Shown here piece by piece: positions 59,093-64,000 of a stretch of 64,000 nt of DNA. Position 1 is the first letter of the stretch. Every line of letters begins with the position of its first letter. The notes beneath the pieces were generated by a model. The model was not told the DNA's origin, did no database searches, and saw nothing but the letters and a program-made list of their open reading frames with translations. Source of the stretch: an uncultured Candidatus Binatia bacterium (GTDB taxonomy: Bacteria > Desulfobacterota > Binatia > UBA9968 > JAJDTQ01). The position numbers and the translations under genes were made by a program. The DNA lies in the NCBI GenBank assembly GCA_964291295.2, contig OZ219754.1:576001-640000 (forward strand). Reading direction: 5' to 3'.

Positions 59093-60268
59093 ATGCTGAG
59101 TTTCCAGGTTCCAGAACAGTTTCGCGCCTGGGTTGTCCTGGCCGAAACACTGAGTCGCGAGAAATTCGCCGCCAGGGCACGGACCATCGACCAGGAGGCC
59201 CGGTTCCCCTTCGAGAACTACGAAGACCTGCGAGAGTCCGGCCTGCTGGGTCTCATGGTGCCCCGGAAACATGGCGGCATCGGCGCCGATTCCCTGACCT
59301 ACGCGGTGATCCTGTCCCGCATCGCCAAGGGGTGCGCGTCCACCGGGCTCACCTTCAACATGCACTGCGCCATCGTCGATTTCCTCCTGCAACTCGCCAG
59401 CCCCGAGCAACAGCAGCGTTTCTTCCAGGCGGTGGTGGATGATGGAGCCATCTTCGCCTCCATCACCAGCGAGCCCGGGAGTTCCTTTCGCGACAAGGGA
59501 GCCATCCGCACCTCCATCCGTGAGGAGAAGGGCCAGTACCGGCTCAACGGCACCAAGCACTTCTGCTCGCTTTCCACCGGCGCCACGTACTACTTCACAT
59601 GGAGCCTGCTGGACGGCACCGAGGACCTCCAAGACGGCCTCCTGAATGTGCTCGTTCGCTCCGACCAGCCGGGCATCGAGATCATCCACGACTGGGATAC
59701 CATCGGCATGCGCGGGACGGTTTCCAATTCCATCCGTTTCAACGACGTGGCGATCCTGCCGGAGAATGTCGTGGGCGCACCAGGAGCGATCCTCGGAAAA
59801 GACATGAGCATCTGGTCCACGGGCTACACCGGCGTGTATTTCGGCATTGCGGAAGCCGCCTACGACTTCTGTCTCGACTACGTCAAGAAGACCGCGTTTC
59901 GGGGCATGAGCGGCGTCCTCGCCTCCGACCTCCGGATACAGCGCCAGGTCGGCGAGATGGCGACACTCCTGGAGAGCGCCCGGAGGGCCGTGGAACGGCT
60001 GGGAATGTTGCGCGGGAACACCGACCGGGTCGAGTTGACATTCATCCTGAACCAGGCGAAGTACCTGGCCACGGAGGCCGCCAGGGAGATCGCCGAACGG
60101 GCCATCCGGCTGACGGGCGGCCGCGGCCTGCTCCGCTCGCTGCCGCTGGAACGCCATTTCCGTGATTCGCTGGCCGGCATCGTCATGCCGCCAGCCAACG
60201 ATCGCTGCATGGAGACCGTGGGCAAGATCGCCCTCGGCCTGGAGGCGAAGACGCTGGAGTTCGAGTAG
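59093..60268 (+). CDS. acyl-CoA dehydrogenase family flavoprotein
   Basis: FPFENYEDLRESG, SEPG, LNGTKHFCS, WDTIGMRGTVS, LERHFRD. Confidence 0.9.
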   Translation: MLSFQVPEQFRAWVVLAETLSREKFAARARTIDQEARFPFENYEDLRESGLLGLMVPRKHGGIGADSLTYAVILSRIAKGCASTGLTFNMHCAIVDFLLQLASPEQQQRFFQAVVDDGAIFASITSEPGSSFRDKGAIRTSIREEKGQYRLNGTKHFCSLSTGATYYFTWSLLDGTEDLQDGLLNVLVRSDQPGIEIIHDWDTIGMRGTVSNSIRFNDVAILPENVVGAPGAILGKDMSIWSTGYTGVYFGIAEAAYDFCLDYVKKTAFRGMSGVLASDLRIQRQVGEMATLLESARRAVERLGMLRGNTDRVELTFILNQAKYLATEAAREIAERAIRLTGGRGLLRSLPLERHFRDSLAGIVMPPANDRCMETVGKIALGLEAKTLEFE

Positions 60269-60272
60269 CGCC

Positions 60273-61565
60273 ATGGTGGAACGCCTCAAGACTTCCAGGC
60301 CCAGACCCCAAGCCGTCACGGACCAGATCCGAACCATCGTAAGCGAGATCCTGCGAGCGGTGGAGCACGAGGGCGAGGCCGCGGTGCGCAGGTACTCGGA
60401 GCGCTTCGACAAGTGGAGTCCTTCCTCGTTCCGGGTATCCCGGCAGGAGATCGGAGCGGCGGAAGCGGGGACCGACGACCCACTCAAGGAGCACATCCGC
60501 TTCGCCCAGGAGCAGGTGCGCAACTTCGCCAGCCTCCAGCGGGAAAGCCTCAAGGACTTCGAGCGGGAGACCCTGCCCGGTGTCGTACTCGGCCAGAAAT
60601 CCATTCCGGTGCGCTCGGTGGGCGCCTACACGCCGGGGGGCGCCTATCCGCTCATCGCCTCAGCGATCATGACTATCGTGACCCCCAAGACGGCAGGCGT
60701 TTCACGGGTTGTGGCCAGTGCGCCGCCGCGGCAGGGCCGGGGCATGCATCCGCCCCAGCTCTTCGCCATGGCCTCGTCCGGCGCCGACGAGATATTCTGC
60801 ATCGGCGGCGTCCAGGCCTTGGCCGCGTTGGCTTTCGGCATCGAGGACATGACCGCGGTGGACATGCTGGTGGGTGCGGGCAACGCCTACGTCGCGGAAG
60901 CCAAGCGGCAACTCTTCGGACAAACCGGCATCGATCTGCTGGCAGGCCCCACCGAGATACTGATCATCGCCGACGATGCCGCCGACCCCGAGGTGGTGGC
61001 AGCCGACCTGCTTGGGCAGGCGGAGCATGGTGCCACCTCCCCGGCGGCGCTGGTGACGACATCGCGGAAACTGGCCGAGGCCACGGCCCGCGAAGTGGAC
61101 CGCTGGCTGGAGACCTGGCCCACCGCGGACATTGCCGGGCAGGCGTGGCGTGACTACGGCAGCATCACGCTGTGCGACTCCGACGAAGACATGGTTCGGG
61201 AGGCGGACGCTTTCGCCCCCGAGCACCTGGAGGTCCAGACCCGCGACCCCGAGTGGTTCCTGGAGCGCCTCACCAACTACGGAACCCTCTTCCTTGGCCG
61301 GCATGCCACCGTGGTCTACTCCGACAAGTCCATCGGCACCAACCACGTGCTGCCCACCGCCGGCGCGGCACGCTACACCGGCGGCCTGTGGGTCGGGAAG
61401 TTCCTCAAGACCGTCACGTACCAGCGAGTCACGGCCGAGGGCTCGCACCGGTTGGTGCCGGCGGCAGAGGCCATCTCCGAGGCCGAGCACATGCAGGGGC
61501 ACGCCATCACGGCCCGGCTCAGACTCGACCCACGTCGCTTCGACGACGTGCCGGGAGAGGGATAG
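60273..61565 (+). CDS. histidinol dehydrogenase paralogue (HpsN/sulfopropanediol dehydrogenase-like clade)
   Basis: GAYTPGGAYPL, DLLAGPTE, LLGQAEHG, APEHLEV, YSDKSIGTNHVLPT, YTGGLWVGKFLKT; no his genes nearby. Confidence 0.85.
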   Translation: MVERLKTSRPRPQAVTDQIRTIVSEILRAVEHEGEAAVRRYSERFDKWSPSSFRVSRQEIGAAEAGTDDPLKEHIRFAQEQVRNFASLQRESLKDFERETLPGVVLGQKSIPVRSVGAYTPGGAYPLIASAIMTIVTPKTAGVSRVVASAPPRQGRGMHPPQLFAMASSGADEIFCIGGVQALAALAFGIEDMTAVDMLVGAGNAYVAEAKRQLFGQTGIDLLAGPTEILIIADDAADPEVVAADLLGQAEHGATSPAALVTTSRKLAEATAREVDRWLETWPTADIAGQAWRDYGSITLCDSDEDMVREADAFAPEHLEVQTRDPEWFLERLTNYGTLFLGRHATVVYSDKSIGTNHVLPTAGAARYTGGLWVGKFLKTVTYQRVTAEGSHRLVPAAEAISEAEHMQGHAITARLRLDPRRFDDVPGEG

Positions 61566-61583
61566 ATCTGCCAGGAGTCGTCC

Positions 61584-62372
61584 TTGAGCTCATCGACGCT
61601 GGCGGACAAGGTAGCCGTCGTCACCGGAGCCGGGCGCGGCATCGGGCGGGCGATCGCGGTCGCGCTGGCCCGGGAAGGGGCCGACGTGGCACTGGCGGCC
61701 CGTAGCGAAGCCGCCTTGGCGGAAACCCGCGCCCTTGTGGAAGGGCTTGGCCGACGAGCGCTCGTGGCGATAACGGACATCTGCGACGCCGCCGGCGTCG
61801 AGGAGTCGGCACGGAAAATCCTGGAACACTTCGGGCGCGTGGACCTGCTCGTCAACAACAGCGGCGTCGGAGGACCTTCCGCCGTCCTTTGGGAAACCGA
61901 TCCGTCGGCCTGGGAATCGACCTTCACCGTCAACGTCACCGGCACCTTCCTCTGCTGCCGGGCGTTCCTGCCGTCCATGATCGAACGCCGGTCGGGGGTG
62001 GTGGTGATCATCGGCTCCATGACCGGCAAGCGGCCACTGTGGGGAAGGACGCCCTACGCCGCCAGCAAGCTGGCCCTCGTGGGCCTGACACGGACACTGG
62101 CGCTGGAAACAGGGCCCTACGGCGTACGCGTAAACCTCATCTCTCCAGGTGCGGTGGAAGGAGAACGCATGGAGTGGGTGATGCGGAAGCAGGCGGAGGG
62201 ACGGGGCATCCGCGTCGGCGAGGTACGGGCCGAACTGGCGGGAGGCTCGCCGCTCAACCGTCTCGTGGAACCCGACGAGATAGCGGCGGCCGTGGTGTTC
62301 CTGGCGTCCGATGGGGCGCGGTCGATTACGGGTGAGGACATGAACGTATCTGCGGGACTGGTGATGTATTAG
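61584..62372 (+). CDS. SDR family oxidoreductase
   Basis: VTGAGRGIG, NNSG, YAASK, VNLISPG. Confidence 0.93.
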   Translation: MSSSTLADKVAVVTGAGRGIGRAIAVALAREGADVALAARSEAALAETRALVEGLGRRALVAITDICDAAGVEESARKILEHFGRVDLLVNNSGVGGPSAVLWETDPSAWESTFTVNVTGTFLCCRAFLPSMIERRSGVVVIIGSMTGKRPLWGRTPYAASKLALVGLTRTLALETGPYGVRVNLISPGAVEGERMEWVMRKQAEGRGIRVGEVRAELAGGSPLNRLVEPDEIAAAVVFLASDGARSITGEDMNVSAGLVMY

Positions 62373-62437
62373 GGGCCTGCGCTGCCGCAGCCCTCTGTTT
62401 TTCCCCACGCACAACAAGAATGCAAAGGAGGTGTTCG

Positions 62438-63127
62438 ATGGCTCGTCTGGTCGATTTGTCGGTAGAGATCTATCAAGGGATGAACGTCTATCCCGGTCAC
62501 CTGAAGACCGTCATCTTCCAGCACGCCACCCACGAGGAAACCCGGCAGCGATTCGAAGGCGGCTTCTCGTTTCAGACCACCGGCATCCTGCTGAACGACA
62601 ACGGGCCGACCCACGTGGATTCCTTCAGCCACCTGGACCCGAGGCCCGGGGCCGCCACCATCGACCAGATGCCCCTGGATCTGTTCTACGGCCCGGCCCT
62701 CTGCATCGACGTCTCCGACAAGGAGCCTTGCACCGACATCATGCCCGAGGAGCTGGATGCCGCGGTGGAGAAGTCCGGACAGGAACTCCGGAAGGGCGAC
62801 ATCCTGCTGCTCCACACCGGCACGTACGACCGCTACAAGGGTCGGCCGGAGTACCTCACGACCTTTCCGGGACTGGGCGAGGAAGGCAGCATGTGGTTGG
62901 TGGAGAAAGGCGTCAAGACCTTCGGAGTGGACACGCCGACCCCTGACAACCCCATCAGCAAGACTTATCCGTGCCACATGATGTGCCGTTTCCACCACAT
63001 CACGCACTACGAGAACCTGGCGCTGACCGAAGTGTCGGGCAAGCGCTTCACGTTCATCGGGTTCCCGCTACGGCTGCGCGGTTCGCATGGCGGGCCGACC
63101 CGGGCGGTGGCGCTCATGGATGACTGA
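62438..63127 (+). CDS. cyclase/kynurenine formamidase-like metal-dependent hydrolase
   Basis: AAGGAGG RBS; LVDLS, GPTHVDSFSH, GDILLLHTG, FPGL, HYENL, FPLRLRGSHGGPTRAVA. Confidence 0.88.
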   Translation: MARLVDLSVEIYQGMNVYPGHLKTVIFQHATHEETRQRFEGGFSFQTTGILLNDNGPTHVDSFSHLDPRPGAATIDQMPLDLFYGPALCIDVSDKEPCTDIMPEELDAAVEKSGQELRKGDILLLHTGTYDRYKGRPEYLTTFPGLGEEGSMWLVEKGVKTFGVDTPTPDNPISKTYPCHMMCRFHHITHYENLALTEVSGKRFTFIGFPLRLRGSHGGPTRAVALMDD

Positions 63128-63141
63128 GCCTCAAGGCCCAT

Positions 63142-64000
63142 TCAACAGATCTCGGAATTGTAGAGATTGGGCGGGCGCCGACCCTCCATGACGGCAATGA
63201 TATTCTCCGCCACGACAAGGGCCATCCCTTCCCGGGTTTCGGGCACCGCGCTCCCAAGGTGGGGCGTCAGCACGGCATTGCCGCACTCCTTCAGGTCCGG
63301 ATGAACCTCGGGCTCGTGTTCGTACACGTCCAGCCCCGCACCGGCGATGACCTGCTCTCGCAGAGCCGCGGCCAGCGCGGCTTCGTCCACCAGAGGCCCG
63401 CGCGCGGTGTTGATGAGGCAAGCCGTGGTTTTCATGGTCCGCAACTCCACGGCGCCGATGAGGTGATGGGTCTCGGGGGTGCTGGTGGCGTTGAGGGAAA
63501 CGAAATCGGCGCACTTGAGCAACTCCTTCAGGGAAACGTACTGTACGCCGAGTTCTTCCTCGCTCCGCGGGTCCAGGCGGCTCCGCTTGGTGTACAATAC
63601 GCGCATGTCGAAACCTCGGGCGCGCCGTGCCATGGCCTTGCCGATACGTCCCAGTCCGACAATCCCCAGAGTCTTGCCGTAAACCCCTTGCCCCACCAGA
63701 CGCATGGACTGGGACCCTGGGAAGATTCCCTCCCGAAGCGTGCGATCCCCCAGAGCGATGTTCCGGGCCGCCGCCACCATGAGCCCCCAGGCCAAGTCCG
63801 CTGTCTCTTCCGTTGCCATCGGCGGGATGGTCGTCACTGGAATCCTCCGGGCCGTGGCCTCGGCCACGTCGATGTTCGCGGGAATGATGGCCATGCTCGC
63901 GATCATCTTGAGTGCCGGATTGGCGACGATGACGTCCCGATCCACGGTGTCGTGCAACAGGCAGAAGAGGTAGTCGGACCGGGCCACGGCCACCGCCAAC
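63142..64000 (-). CDS. D-isomer-specific 2-hydroxyacid dehydrogenase (glyoxylate reductase-like); 5' end outside window
   Basis: GKTLGIVGLGRIG, INTARGPLVDE, GLDVYEHEP, LTPHLGSA. Confidence 0.92.
   Translation of the reverse strand, partial: LAVAVARSDYLFCLLHDTVDRDVIVANPALKMIASMAIIPANIDVAEATARRIPVTTIPPMATEETADLAWGLMVAAARNIALGDRTLREGIFPGSQSMRLVGQGVYGKTLGIVGLGRIGKAMARRARGFDMRVLYTKRSRLDPRSEEELGVQYVSLKELLKCADFVSLNATSTPETHHLIGAVELRTMKTTACLINTARGPLVDEAALAAALREQVIAGAGLDVYEHEPEVHPDLKECGNAVLTPHLGSAVPETREGMALVVAENIIAVMEGRRPPNLYNSEIC

Noticed and set aside
62373-62403. Possible terminator between the SDR and cyclase genes
   Set aside because: Imperfect stem and interrupted U-tract; too weak to call.

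Overview
High-GC bacterial chromosomal window. Its gene content resembles uncultured Deltaproteobacteria-like lineages, but that is inference only. From left to right: the end of a menaquinone cluster (menB-menA-[probable menC remnant]-menE); a ~1,945-aa FN3/Calx-beta-like autotransporter with a C19 tract just after its start; coxS/M/G-like genes with no large subunit; holA; thiS-thiG-thiE; tRNA-Thr(CGT); and an orphan Rieske oxygenase alpha subunit. Next comes a ~15.9-kb defence island bounded by a 30-bp direct repeat (28/30 identical) that duplicates the 3' end of sthA. The island has no recognisable integrase. It carries one apparent operon: frameshifted excisionase-like HTH, SNF2 helicase-DUF3883 nuclease, Gabija-like OLD nuclease and UvrD helicase, DUF1156 adenine methyltransferase (split by a C27 homopolymer, one base out of frame), DUF499 ATPase, and an AT-richer ABC-ATPase/TOPRIM fusion. 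The right third holds sthA, mgtE, a tandem-repeat coiled-coil protein and a ~20-kb uncharacterised catabolic locus: five paralogous alpha/beta hydrolases with an atypical triad region, two amidohydrolases, a peptide-type ABC transporter, cupin, VOC protein, acyl-CoA dehydrogenase, a HisD/HpsN paralogue, SDR and cyclase. All calls come from motif recognition by eye; no database searches were run.
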